Position numbers and translations under genes: made by a program. From the human T2T-CHM13v2.0 reference genome, Homo sapiens, in assembly GCF_009914755.1 (NCBI RefSeq), contig NC_060936.1: 64,000 nt of DNA; one strand, 5' to 3'. The notes beneath the pieces are model-generated. The model searched no databases. It was not told the origin of the DNA and saw only the letters and a program-made list of their open reading frames with translations. Of this stretch, positions 28,532 to 42,300 are shown piece after piece (position 1 is the first letter of the stretch; every line of letters starts with the position of its first letter).

Positions 28532-31500
28532 ATCTCTTCATATAAAAACTAGACAGAAGAATTCTCAGAAACTTCTTTGTGATGTGTGCATTCAACTCAC
28601 AGAGTTGAACTTTCTTTTCGATACAGCAGTTTTGAAACACTCTTTCTGTAGAATTTCAAAGTGGATATTTAGAGTGCTTGGAGGCCTATGGTAGAAAAGG
28701 AAATATTTTCATATAAAAACTAGACAGAATCATTCTCAGAAACTGCTTTGTGATGTGTGCGTTCAAGTCAAAGAGTTTAAACTTTCTTTTGATAGAGCAG
28801 TTTTGAAACACTCTTTTTGTAGAATTGGCAAGTGTGTATTTAGAGGGCTTTGAGGCCTACGGTAGAAAGGGAAATATCTTCAAATAAAAACTAGACAGAA
28901 GGATTCTCAGTAACTACTTTGTGATCTTTGCATTCAACTAACAGAGTTGAACATTCCTCTTGATAGAGGAGTTTTGAAACTCTCTTTTTGTAGAATCTGC
29001 AAGTAGTTATTTGGACCTCTTTGAGGCCTTCGTTGGAAATGGAATATATTCATATAAAACTAGACAGAAGAATTCTCAGAAACTTCTTTGTGATGTGTGC
29101 ATTCAACTCACAGAGTTGAAACTACCTTTCGATAGAGCAGTTTTGAAACACTCTTTTTGTAGAATTTCCAAGTAAATATTTAGAGTGCCTGGAGGCCTCT
29201 ATTAGAAAAGGATATATCTTCATATAAAAGCTAGACAGAATCATTCTCAGAAACTACTTTGTGATTTGTGCGTTCAACTCACAGAGTTTAACTTTTGATA
29301 GAGCAGTTTTGAAACACTCTTTTTGTATAATCTGCAAGTGGTTATTTACTGGGTTTGAGTCCTATGGTAGAAAAGGAAATATCTTCACATAAAAACTAGA
29401 CAGAAGCATTCTCAGAAAATACTTTGTGACGTTTGCATTCAACTCACAGAGTTCAACATTCCTTTTGATAGAGCAGTTTTGAAACACTCTTTTTGTAGAA
29501 TCGGCAAGTGGTTATTTGGACCTCTTCGAGGCCTTCATTGTAAACGGGAATTTGTTCACATAAAAACTAGACAGAGGAAGTCTCAGAAAATTTTTGTGAT
29601 GTGTGCTTTCAACTCACAGAGTTGAACCTTCCTTTAGATACAGCAGTTTTGAAACACTGTTTTTGTAGAATTTCCAAGTGGATATTTAGAGCGCTTTGAA
29701 GCCACTGGTAGAAAAGGAAATATCTTCATATAAAAACTAGACAGAATCATTCTCAGGAACTACTTTGTGATGTGGGCATTAAACTCACAGAACTCAACAC
29801 TTCTTTTGATAGAGCAGTTTTGAAACATTCTTTTTGTAGAATCTGCAAGTGGATAGTTGGACTTCTTTGAGGCCTTCGTTGGAAACCCGAATTTCTTCAC
29901 ACAAAAACTGGTTAGAAGAATTCTCAGAAAATTGTTGGATTGGGTGCATTCAAATCACAGGGTTGAACCTTGCTTTTGATAGAGCAGTTTTGAAACACCC
30001 CTTTTGGGAATTTTGCAAGTGTCTATTTAGAGGGCTTTGAGGCCTACGGTAGAAAAGGAAATATCTTCACATAAAAACTAGACAGAAGGATTCTCAGAAA
30101 CTTCTTTATGATGTTTGCATTCAACTCACAGAGTTCAACATTCCTTACAATAGAGCACTTTTGAAACACTCTTTTTGTAGAATCTGCAAGTGGATATTTG
30201 GACCTCTTTGAGGCCTTCCTGGGAAACGGGAATTTCTTCACATAAAAACTAGACAGAAGAATTCTCAGATTCTTTTTGTGATATCTGCATTCAACTCACT
30301 GAGTTGAACCTTCCTTTTGTCAGAGCACTTTTTAAACACCCTTTTTGTAGGATTTCCATGTGGATATTTAGAGCGCTTTGAAGCCTATGGTACAAAAGGA
30401 AATATCTTAATATAAAAACAAGACAGACTCAATCTCAGAACCTACTTTGAGATGTGTGCGTTCAACTCACAGACTTTAACCTTTCTTTTGATAGAGCAGT
30501 TTTGAAACACTCCGTTTGTAATGTCTGCAAGTGGATATTTGGAGCACTTTGAGGCCTTCTTTGTAAGGGCAAACATCTTCGCATAAAAAATAGAAAGATG
30601 TATTCTCAAAAACTTCTTTGTCATGTCTGCACTTCACTCACAGAGTTGAAACTTCCTTTTGATAGAGCAGTTTTGAAACAATTTTTTTGTAGTATTTGCA
30701 AGTGGATATTTAAAGCGCTTTGAGGCCTATGGTAGAAAAGGAAATATCTTCATACAAAAACTAGACAGAATCATTCTCAGAAACTACTTTGTGATGTGTG
30801 GATTCAACTCACAGAGTTTACCCTTTCTTTTGATAGAGCAGTTTTGAAACTCTCTTTTTGTAGAATTTGCAAGTGTGTATTTGGCAGGCTTTGAGGCCTA
30901 TGGTAGAAAAGGAAGTATCTTCACATAAAAGCTAGACAGAAGCATTCTCAGAAACTACTTTGTGATGTTTGCATTCAACTCACAGAGTTCAACATTCCTT
31001 TTGATAGAGCAGTGTTGAAACACTCCTTTTGTACAATCAGCAAGTGGATATTTGGACGTCTTTGAGGCCTTCATTGGAAACGGGATTTCTTCATATAAAA
31101 CTAGACAGAAGAATTCTCACAAACTTCTTTGTGATGTGTCTATTCAACTCAGAGAGTTGAATCTTCCTTTTTACTGAGCACTTTTGAAACACTCTTTTTG
31201 TAGAATTTCCAAGTTGATATTTAAAGGGCTTTGAAGCCTATGGCACAAAAGGAAATATCTTAATATAAAAGCTGGAAAGAATCATTCTCAGAAACTACTT
31301 TGTGATGTGGGCGTTCAATTCAGAGTTTAACCTTTCTTTTGATAGAACACTTTTGAAACGCTCTGTTTGTAAAGTCTGCAAGTGGATATTTGGAGCGCTT
31401 TGAGGACTTCTTTGGAAGAGGGAATAGATTCACATAAAAGCTAGACAGAAGTATTCTCAGAAACTCCTTTGTGATGTCTGCACTCCACTCACAGAGTTGA

Positions 31501-32637
31501 AACTTCCTTTTGATGGAGCAGTTTTGAAACACTCTTTTTGTAGAATTGGCAAATGGATATTTAAAGAGCTTTGAGGCCTATGGTAGAAAAGGAAATATCT
31601 TCATATAAAAATTACACAGAATCATTCTCAGAAACTACTTCATGATGTGTGCATTCAACTCATTGAGTTTAAACTTTCTTTTGATAGAGCAGTTTTGAAA
31701 CACTCTGTTTGAAAAGCCTGCAGGTGGATATTTGAAATGCTTTGAGGCCTTCTTTGGAAACGTTAATATATTCACATAAAAATTGGACAGAAGTATTCTC
31801 AGAAACTTCTTTGTGATGTCTTCACTCAACTCACAGAGTTTAACTTTCCTTTTGATAGACCAGTTTTGAAACAATCTTTTTGTAGGATTTACAGGTGTGT
31901 ATTTAGAGGGCTTTGTGGGCAGTGGTAGAAAAGGAAATATCTTCACATAAAAACTAGACAGAACCATTCTCAGAAACTTCTTTGTGATGTGTGTATTCAA
32001 CTCTGTGAGTTCCTTTTGATAGAGCAGCTTTGAAACACTCTTTTTGTAGAATTTCCAAGTTAATATTGAGAGCGCTTGGAGGCCTATATTAGAAAAGGAG
32101 ATATCTTCATATAAAAACTAGACAGAATCATTCTCAGAAAATAATTTGTGATGTGTGCATTCAACTCACAGAGTTTAACCTTTCTCTTGATTGTGATGTG
32201 TGAGTTCAACTCACAGAGCTTAAACTTTCTTTTGATAGAGCACTTTTGAAACACTCTGTTTGTAAAGTCTTCAAGTGGATATTTGGAGCACTTTGAGGCC
32301 TTCTTTGGAAATGGGAATATCTTCACGTAAAAAGTAGACAGAAGTATTCTCCGAAACTTCTTTGTGAAGTCTGCACTCCACTCACAGACTTGAAACTTGA
32401 TTTTGATAGAGCAGTTTTGAAACACTCTTTTTGTAGAATTTGAAGTGGATTTGTAAAGCACTTTGAGGCATATGGTAGAAAAGGAAATATCTTCATATAA
32501 AAAGACAGAATCATTCTCAGAAACTACTTTGTGATGTGTGCGTTCAACTCACACAGTTTAACCTTTCTATTCATAGAGCAGTTTTGAAACACTCTGTTTT
32601 TAAAGTCTGCAAGTGGATATTTGGACGTCTTTGAGGC

Positions 32638-32654
32638 CTTCGTTGGAAACGGGA
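32638..32654 (+). promoter_or_regulatory. CENP-B box
   Basis: CTTCGTTGGAAACGGGA. Confidence 0.9.
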
Positions 32655-35600
32655 TTTCTTCATTTAAAACTAGACAGAAGAATTCTGAGAAACTTCTTTG
32701 TGATGTGTGCATTCAACTCACAGAGGTGAAGCTTCCCTTAAATAGAGCAGTTTTGAAACACTCTTTTGCTTGTATTTCCAAGTGCATATTTAGAGTGCTT
32801 TGAAGCCTATAGAAGAAAACAAAATATCCTTCATATAAAAACTAGACAGAATCATTCTCAGAAACTACTTTGTGATGTGTGCATTCAACTCACAGAGTTT
32901 AACCTTTCTTTTGATAGAGCAGTTTTGAAACACTCTGTTTGTAAAGCCTGCAAGTGGATATTTGGAGTGCTTTGAGGCCTTCGTTGGAAACGGGCTTTCT
33001 TCATATAAAACTAGACAGAAGAATTCTCAGAAACTTCTTTGTGATGTGTGTATTCATCTCAGAGATTTGAACCTTCCCTTCGACAGAGCACTTTTGAAAC
33101 ACTCTTTTTGTAGAATTTCCAAGTTAATATTGAGATCGCTTGGAGGCCTATATTAGAAAAGCAAATATCTTCACATAAAAACTAGACAGAATCATTCTCA
33201 GGAACTACTTTGTGATGTGTGCGTTCAACTCACAGAGTTTAACCTTTCTTTTGATAAAGCAGTTTTGAAACACTCTGTTTGTAAAGCCTGCAAGTGGATA
33301 TTTGGAGTGCTTTGAGGCCTTCTTTGGAAACGATAATATCTTCACATAAGAAGTAGACAGAAGTATTCTCAGAAACTTCTTTGTGATGTCTGCACTCAAC
33401 TCACAGAGCGGAACTTTCCTTTTGATAGAGCAGTTTTGAAACACACTTTTTGTAGAATTTGCAAGTGTGTATTTGGCGGGCTTTGAGGCCTATGGTAGAA
33501 AGGAAGTATCTTCCATAAAAGCTGGACAGAAGCATTTTCAGAAACTACCTTGTGATGTTTGCATTCAACTCACAGAGTTGAACATTTCTCTTGATAGAGC
33601 AGTTTTGAAACACTCTTTTTGTTGAATCTGTAAGTGGATATTTGCACCTTTTCGAGGCCTTCTTGGGAAACAGGGTTTCTTCATATAAAACTAGACAGAA
33701 GAATTCTCAGAAAATTCTTTGTGATGTGCGCATTCAAGTCACCGAGTTGAACCTTCCTTTTCACAGAGCAGTTTTGAAACACTCTTTTTGAAGAAGTTCC
33801 AAGTGGATATTTAGAGCGCTTTGAAGCCTTTGGTACAAAAGGAAATATCTTAATACAAAAACAAGACAGAGTCCATCTCAGAAACTCCTTTGTGATGTGT
33901 GCATTCAACTCACAGAGTTTAACCTTTCTTTTGATAGAGCACTTTTGAAGCACTCTATTTTTAAGTCTGCAAGTTGATATTTGGAGCGCTTTGAGGCCTT
34001 CTTTGGAAACGGGAATACCTTCACATGAAAAGTAGACAGAAGGATTCTCAGAAACTTCTTTGTGATGTCTGCACTCAACTCACAGAGTTGAAACTTCCTT
34101 TTGATCAAGCAGTTTTGACACACTCTTTTTGTAAAATTTGCAAGTAGATATTTATACTGCTTTGAGGCCTATGGTAGAAAAGGAAATATCTTCACAAAAG
34201 CTAGACAGAAGTATTCTCAGAAACTACTTTGTGATGTTTCCATTCAACTCACAGAGTTGAACATTCCCCTTGATAGAGCAGTTTTGAAACACTCTTTCTG
34301 TAGAATCTGCATGTGGATATTTGGACCTCTTTGAGGCCTTCGTTGGAAATGGGATTTCTTAATATAAAACTAGACACAAGAATTCTCAGAAACTTCTTTG
34401 TGATGTGTGTATTCAACTCACAGAGGTGAACCTTCCTTTTGATAGAGCAGTTTTGAAACCCTCTTTTTGTTGAATTTCCAAGTTAATTTTGAGAGCACTT
34501 GGAGGTCTATATTAGAAAAGGAAATATCTTAATAAAAAACTAGACAGAATCATTCTCAGAAACTACTTTGAGATGTGTGCATTCAACTCACAGACTTTAA
34601 CCTTTCTTTTGATACAGCAGTTTTGAAACACTCCGTTTGTAATGTCTGCAAGTGTATATTTGGAGCGTTTGAGGCCTTATTTTAAGGGGAAAAATCTTCA
34701 CATAAAAAGTAGACAGAAGTATTCTCAAAAACTTCTTTGTCATGTCTGCACTCCACTCACAGAATTGAACCTTCCTCTTGATAGAGCGGTTTTGAAACAC
34801 TCTTTTTGTAGTATTTGCAAGTGGATATTTAAAGCGCTTTGAGGCCTATGGTAGAAAAGGAAATATCTTCGTATAAAAATTGACAAAATCATTCTCAGAA
34901 ACTACTTTGTGAAGTATGTGTTCAATTCACGGAGTTTACCCTTTATTTTGATAGAGCAGTTTTGAAACACTCTTTTTGTAGAATTTCCAAGTTGATATTT
35001 AGAGCGCTTTGAAGCCTACGGTACAAAAGCGAATATCTTAATATAAAAGCTGGACAGAATCATTCTCAGAAACTACTTTGTGATGTGGGCATTAGACTCA
35101 CAGAATTTAACCTTTCTCTTGATAGAGCACTTTTGAAACGCTCTGTTTGTAAAGTCTGCAAGTGGATATTTGGAGCGCTTTGAGGACTTCTTTGGAAGAG
35201 GGAATAGCTTCACATGAAAAGTAGACAGAAGTATTCTCAGAAACTCCTTTGTGATGTCTGCAACCCACTCACATATTTGAAACTTCCTTTTGATAGAGCA
35301 GTTTTGAAGCACTCTTTTTGTAGAATTGGCAAATGGATATTTAAAGAGCTTTGAGACCTATGGTAGAAAAGGAAATATCTTCACATAAAAACTACACAGA
35401 ATCATTCTCAGAAACTACTTTGTGATGTGTGCATTCAACTCATTGAGTTTAACCTTTCTTTTGATAGAGCGGTTTTGAAACACTCTGTTTGTAAAGCCTG
35501 CAAGTGGATATTTGGAGTGCTTTGAGGGCTTCTTTGGAAACGTTAATATCTTCACATAAAAATTGGACAGAAGTATTCTCAGAAACTTCTTTGTGATGTC

Positions 35601-36380
35601 TTCACTCAACTTACAGAGTTTAACTTTCCTTTTGATAGACCAGTTTTGAAACAATCCTTTTGTAGGATTTACAGGTGTGTATTTAGAGGGCTTTGAGGGC
35701 AACAGTAGAAAAGGAAATATCTTCACATAAAAACTAGACAGAACCATTCTCAGAAACTTCTTTGTGATGTTTGCATTCAACTCAGAGAGTTCAACATTCC
35801 TTTTGATAGAGCACTTTTGAAACACTCTTTTTGTAGAATCTGCAAGTGGATGTTTGGACCTCTTTGAGGCCTTCCTTGGAAGCGGGAATTTCTTTACATA
35901 AACACTAGACAGAGGAATTCTCAGATTCTTTTTGTGATGTCTGCATTCAACTCACTGAGTTGAACCTCCCTTTTGACAGAGCAGTTTTGAAACACTCTTT
36001 TTGTAAAATTTCCAAGTTAATATTGAGAGCGATTGGAGGCCTATAGTAGAAAAGGAAATATCTTAATACAAAAAACAGACAGAATCCTTCAGAGAAACTG
36101 CTTTGTGATGTGTGCATTCAACTCACAGAGTTTAACCTTTCTTTTGATAGTGCAGATTTGAAACACTATTTTGTAGAATTTACAAGTGTGTATTTTGAGG
36201 GCTTTGTAGCTTATGGTAGAAAAGGAAATATCTTCACATAGAAACTAGACAGAAGCATTCTCAGAAACTGCTTTGTGATGTTTGCATTCAACTCACAGAG
36301 ATCAACATTCTTGTGATAGAACAGATTTGAAACACTCTATTTGTTATATCTGCAAGTGGATATTTTGACCTCCTTCAGGC

Positions 36381-36397
36381 CTTCGTTGGAAACGGGA
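36381..36397 (+). promoter_or_regulatory. CENP-B box
   Basis: CTTCGTTGGAAACGGGA. Further core-intact boxes (TTCGnnnnAnnCGGG) lie near 37908, 38588, 39098, 43347, 44368, 47804 and 49158. Confidence 0.9.
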
Positions 36398-39300
36398 TTT
36401 CTTCATATAAAACTAGACAGAAGAATTCTCAGAAACTTCTTTGTGATGTGTGCATTCAACTCACTGAGTTGAACCTTCCTGTCGACAGAGAAGTTTTGAA
36501 ACACTCTTTTTTTAGATTTTCCAGGTGGATATTTGAAGCACTTTGAGGCCTAAGGTAGAAAAGGAAATATCTTCATATAAAAAGCATACAGAATCATTCT
36601 CAGAAAATACTTTGTGACGTGTGTGTTCAACACATGGGGTTTAACCTTTCTTTTGATAGAGCAGTTTTCAAACACTAGTTTTGTAGAATTTGCAAGTGAG
36701 TATTTGGAGGGCTTTGAGGCCTATGGTATAAAAGGAAATATCTTCACATAAAAGCTAGACAGAAGCATTCTCAGAAAGTGATCTGTGATGTTTGCATTCA
36801 ACTCACAGAGTTGAACATTCCTTTTGATAGAGCAGTTTTTAAACACTCTTTTTGTAGGATATGCATGTGGATATTTGGACCTCTTTGAGGCCTTCTTTGG
36901 AAATGGGATTTCTTCATATAAAACTAGACAGAAGAATTCTCAGAAACTTTTTGTGTTGAGTGTATTAAACTCACAGAGTTGAAACTTCCTTTTGATAGAG
37001 CAGTTTTGAAACCCTCTTTTTGTAGAATTTCCAAGTTATTATTGAGAGCGCTTGGAGGCCTATATTAGAAAAGGAAATATCTTAATATAAAAAGTAGACA
37101 GAATCATTCTCAGAAACTAATTCATGATGTGTGCGTTCAACTCACAGAGTTTAACCTTTCTTTTGGTAGAGCAGTTTTGAAGCACTCTGTTTGTAAAGTC
37201 TACAAGTGGATATTTGGAGCACTTTGAGGCCTTCTTTGTAAATGGGAATATCCTCACTAAAAAGTAGAGAGAAGTATTCTCAGAAACTTCTTTGTGATAT
37301 CTGCACTCCACTCACAGAGTTGAAACTTGCTTTTGATAGAGCAGTTTTGAAACACTCTGTTTGTAGAATTCGCAAGTGGATATCTAAAGTGCTTTGTGGC
37401 CTATGGTAGAAAAGGAAATATCTTCATATAAAAACTAGACAGAATCATTCTCAGAAACTTCTTTGTGATGTGTTCATTCAACTCACCGAGTTTAACCTTT
37501 CTTTTGATAGAGCAATTTTGAAACTATCTTTTTGTAGAATTTCCAAGTGTGTATTTGGAGGGCTTTGAGGCCTATGGTAGGAAAAAAACTATCTTCATAT
37601 GAAAGCTAGACAGAAGCATTCTCAGAAACTAATATGTGATGGTTGTTTTCAACTCACAGAATTAAACATTCCTCTTGATAGAGCAGTTTTGAAACACTCT
37701 TCTTTAGAATATGCAAGTGGATATTTGGACCTCTTTGAGGTCTTCGATGGAAACGGGATTTCTTCATATAAAACTAGACAGAATTCCCAGAAACTTCTTT
37801 GTGATGTGTGTATTCAACTCACAGAGTTGAGCTTTCCTTTTGATACAGCAGTTTTGAAACACTCTGTTTGTAAAATCTGCAACTGGATATTTGGACCTCT
37901 TTGAGGAATTCGTTGGAAACGGGATTTCTACATATAAAACTAGACAGAAGAGTTCTGAGAAACTTCTTTGTGATGTGTGCATTCAACTCACAGAGATGAA
38001 CCTTCCTTTCGATAGACCTGTTTTGAAACACTCTTTTTTTAGAATTTCCAAGTGGATAATAAAAGCGCTTTGAGGCCAACGGTAGCAAAGGAAATATCTT
38101 CATATGAAAAACAGATAGAATCATTCTCAGAAACTACTTTGTGATGTGTGCATTCAACTCACAGTGTTTAACCTTTCTTTTAATCCAGCAGATTTGAAAC
38201 ACTCTTTTTGTAAAATTTGCTAGAGGATATTTAAAGCGCTTTGAGCCCTACAGTAGAGGAGGAAATATCTTCATATAAAAACTAGACAGATTCATTCTCA
38301 GAAACCACTTTGTGATCTGTGCATTCAACTCACAGAGTTTAACCTTTTTTTCATAGAGCAGCTTTGAAAGACTCTTTTTGAAGAATTGGCAAGTGGATAT
38401 TTAAAGCACTTTGAGGCCAGTTATAGAAAACGAAAATCTTCATATAAAAACCAGACAGATTCATTCTCAGAAAACAGTTTGCAATGTGTGCGTTCAACTC
38501 ACAGAGTTTAACCTTTCTTTTGGTAGAGCAGTTTTGAAGCACTCTGTTTGTAAAGTCTGCAAGTGGATATATGGATCTCTTTGAGGCATTCGTTGGAAAC
38601 GGGATTTCTTCATATAAAACTAGACAGAAGAATTCTAAGAAACTTCTTTGTGATGTGTGCATTGAACTCACAGAGTTAAACCATCATTTTGAAAGGGCAG
38701 TTTTGAAACACTCTTTTTGTAGAATTTCCAAGTGGATAACTAAAGCGCTTTGAGGCCTATGGTAGAAAAGGAAATATCTTCGTATAAAAAACAGATAGAA
38801 TCGTTCTCAGAAACTACTTTGTAATGTGTGTGCTCAACTCACAGAGTTTAACCTTTCTTTTTATCCAGCAGATTTGAAACACTCTTTTTGTAGAGTTTGC
38901 AATTGTATATTTAAAGCGCTTTGAGGCCAATGGTAGAAGAGGAAGTATCTTCATATAAAAACTAGACAGATTCATTCTCAGAAATCAGTTTGTGAAGTGT
39001 GCGTTCAGCTCACAGTTTTAACCCTTCTTTTGATAGAGCAGTTTTGGAACACTCTGTTTGTAAAGTCTGCAAGTGGATATTTGGACCACTGTGAGGCATT
39101 CGTTGGAAACGGGATTTCTTCATATAAAACTAGACAGAAGAATTCTCAGAAACTTCTTTGTGATATGTGCATTCAACTCACAGAGTTAAACCCTCCTTTT
39201 GATAGAGCAGTTTTGAAACACTCTTTTTGTAGAATGTCAATGTGTATATTTAGAGTGCTTTGAAGCCTAAGGTGGAAAACGAAATGCCTTCATATGAAAA

Positions 39301-42300
39301 CAAGACAGAATCATTCTCAGAAACCACGTTGTGATGTGTGCATTCAACTCACAGAGTTTAACCTTTCTTTTGATAGAGCAGTTTAGAAACATGCTTTTTG
39401 TGGAATTTGGAAGCGTGTATTTAGAGGGCTTTCGGGCCTATGTTAGAAAAGGAAATATCATCACATAAAAACTGACAGAAACATTCTCAGAAACTACTTT
39501 TTGATGTTTGCATTCAACTCACAGAGTTCAACATTCCTTTTGATAGAGCAGTTTTAAAACTCTCTTTTTGTAGAATCTGCAAGTGGATATTTGGACCTCC
39601 TTGAGGCATTCGTTGGAAACGGTGTTTCTTCATATAATACTAGACAGAAGAATTCTTAGAAACTTCTTTGTGATGTGTGTTTTCAACTCACAGAGTTGAA
39701 GCTTCCTTTTGATAGAGTAGTTTTGGAACACTCTTTTTTTAGAATTTCCAAGTGGATCTTTAAAGCGATTTGAGGCTTATGGTAGAAAAGGAAATATCTT
39801 CATATAAAAACCAGACAGAATCATTCTCAGAAACTTTTTTGTGATGTGTGCGTTCAACTCACCGATTTTAACATTTCTTTTGATCCAGCATATTTGAAAC
39901 ACTGTTTTTGTTGAATTTGCAAGTGGATATTTAAAGCGCTTTGAGGCCTATGGTAGAAGAGGATATATCTTAATATAAAAACTAGACAGATTCATTCTCA
40001 GAAACCAGTTTGTGATGTGTGCGTTCAACTCACGAAGCTTAACTTTTCTTTTGATAGAGCAGTTTTGAAACTCTCTGTTTGTAAAGCCTGCAAGTGGATA
40101 TTTGGCCTCTTTGAGGCATTCGTTGGAAAAGGGTTTTCTTCATATAAAACTGGACAGAATTCTGAGAAACTTTTTTGTGTTGTGTGCATTCATCTCACAG
40201 AGTTGAGCCTTCCTTTCAATAGAGCAGTTTTGAAACAATCTTTTTTTAGAATTTCCAAGTGGATAATTAAAGTGCTGTGAGGTTTATGGTATAAAAGAAA
40301 ATATCTTCGTATAAAAACTGGAGAGAATCAGTCTCAGAAACTACTTTGTGATGTCTGCATTCAACACACAGAGTTTAAATTTCTTTTGATAGAGCAGTTT
40401 TGAAACACTCTTTTTGTAGAATTTGCAACCGTGTATTTAGAGGGCTTTGGGACCTATGGTAGAAAAGGAAATATCTTCACATAAAAACTAAACAGAAGCA
40501 TTCTCAGAAACTACTTTGTGATGTTTGCATTCAACTCGCAGAGTGCAACATTCCGTTTGATAGAGCAGTTTTGAAACACTCTTTTTGTAGGCTCTGCAAG
40601 TGGATATTTGGACCTCCTTGAGGCCTTCGTTGGAAATGGGAATTCTTCATATAAAACTAGACAGAAGAATTCTCAGAAACTTCTTTGTGATATGTGTATT
40701 CAACTCACGTAGTTGAACTTTTCTTTCAATAGAACAGTTTTGAAACACTCTTTTTTTAGAATTTCCAAGTGGATATTTAAAGCGCTTTGAGGCTTATGGT
40801 AGAAAATGAAATATCTTCACATAAAAATCAGACAGAATCATTCTCAGAAACTACTTTGTGATGTGTGCGTTCAACTCACAGAGTTTAACCTTTCTTTTGA
40901 TAGGACAGTTTTGAAACACTCGGTTTGTAAAGTCTGCAAGTGGATAATTGTACCTCTTTGAGTCATTCGTTGGAAATGGGATTTCTTCTTATAAAACAAG
41001 ACAGAAAAATTCTGAGAAACTTCCTTGTGATGTGTGCATTCAACTCACAGAGATGAGCCTTCGTTTTGATGGAGCAGTTTTGAAACACTCTTTTTCTAGA
41101 ATTTTCAATTGCATATTTAGAGTGCTTTGAAGCCTATGGTAGTAAATGAAATATCTTCATATAAAAACTAGAGAGAATCATTCTCAGAAACCACGTTGTG
41201 ATATCTGCGTTCAACTCACAGAGTTTAATATTTCTTTTGACAGAGCAGTTTTGCAACACTCTTTTCGTAGAATTTGGAAGCATGTATTTAGAGGGCTTTG
41301 GGGCCTCGGTTAAAAAGGAAATATCATCACATGTAAACTAGACAGAAGCATTCTCAGAAACTACTTTGTGATGTTTGCATTCAACTCAGAGTTCAACATT
41401 CCTTTTGATAGAGCAGTTTTCAACCACTGTTTTTGTAGAATCTGCAAGTGGATATTAGGACCTCCTTGAAGCCTTCGTTGGAAACAGAATTTCTTCACAT
41501 AAAACTAGACAGAAGAATTCTGAGAAACTTCTTTGTGATGTGTGTACTCAACTCACAGAGTTGAAATTCCTTTTCATTAGAGCAGTTTTGAAACACTCTT
41601 TTTTTAGAATTTCCAAGTGGAACTTTAAAGTGCTTTGAGGATTATGGTAGAAAAGGAAATATCTTCACATAAAAACCGGACAGAATCATTCTCAGAAACT
41701 ACTTTGTGACATGTGTGTTCAACTCACAGAGTTTAACGTTTATTTTTATCCAGCAGATTTGAAACACTCTTTTTGTAGAATTTGTAAGTGGATATTTAAA
41801 GCGCATTGAGGCTTAAGGTAGAAGAGGAAATATCTTCATATAAAAACTAGACAGATTCATTCTCAGAAACCAGTTTGTGATGTAGGCATTCAACTCACAG
41901 AGTTTAAGCTTTTTTTTCATAGAGCAGTTTTGAAAGACTCTTTTTGTATAATTTACAAGTGGATATTTAAAGCGCTTTGAGGCCTATTATGGAAAAGGAA
42001 AATCTTCATATAAAAACTAGACAGATTCATTCTCAGAAACCAGTTTCTGATGTGTGCATTCAACTTACAGAGTTTACCCTTTCTTTTGATAAAGCAGTTT
42101 TGAAACACTCTGTTTGCAAAGTCTGCAAGTGGATATATGGACCTCTTTGAGACATTCATTGGAAACGGGATTTCTTCATATAAAACTAGACAGAAAAATT
42201 CTCAGAAACTTATTTGTGATGTGTGTATTCAACTCACAGATTTGGATCTTCCTTTCAATAGAGCAGTTTTGAAACACTCTTTTTTTAGAATTTCCAAGTG

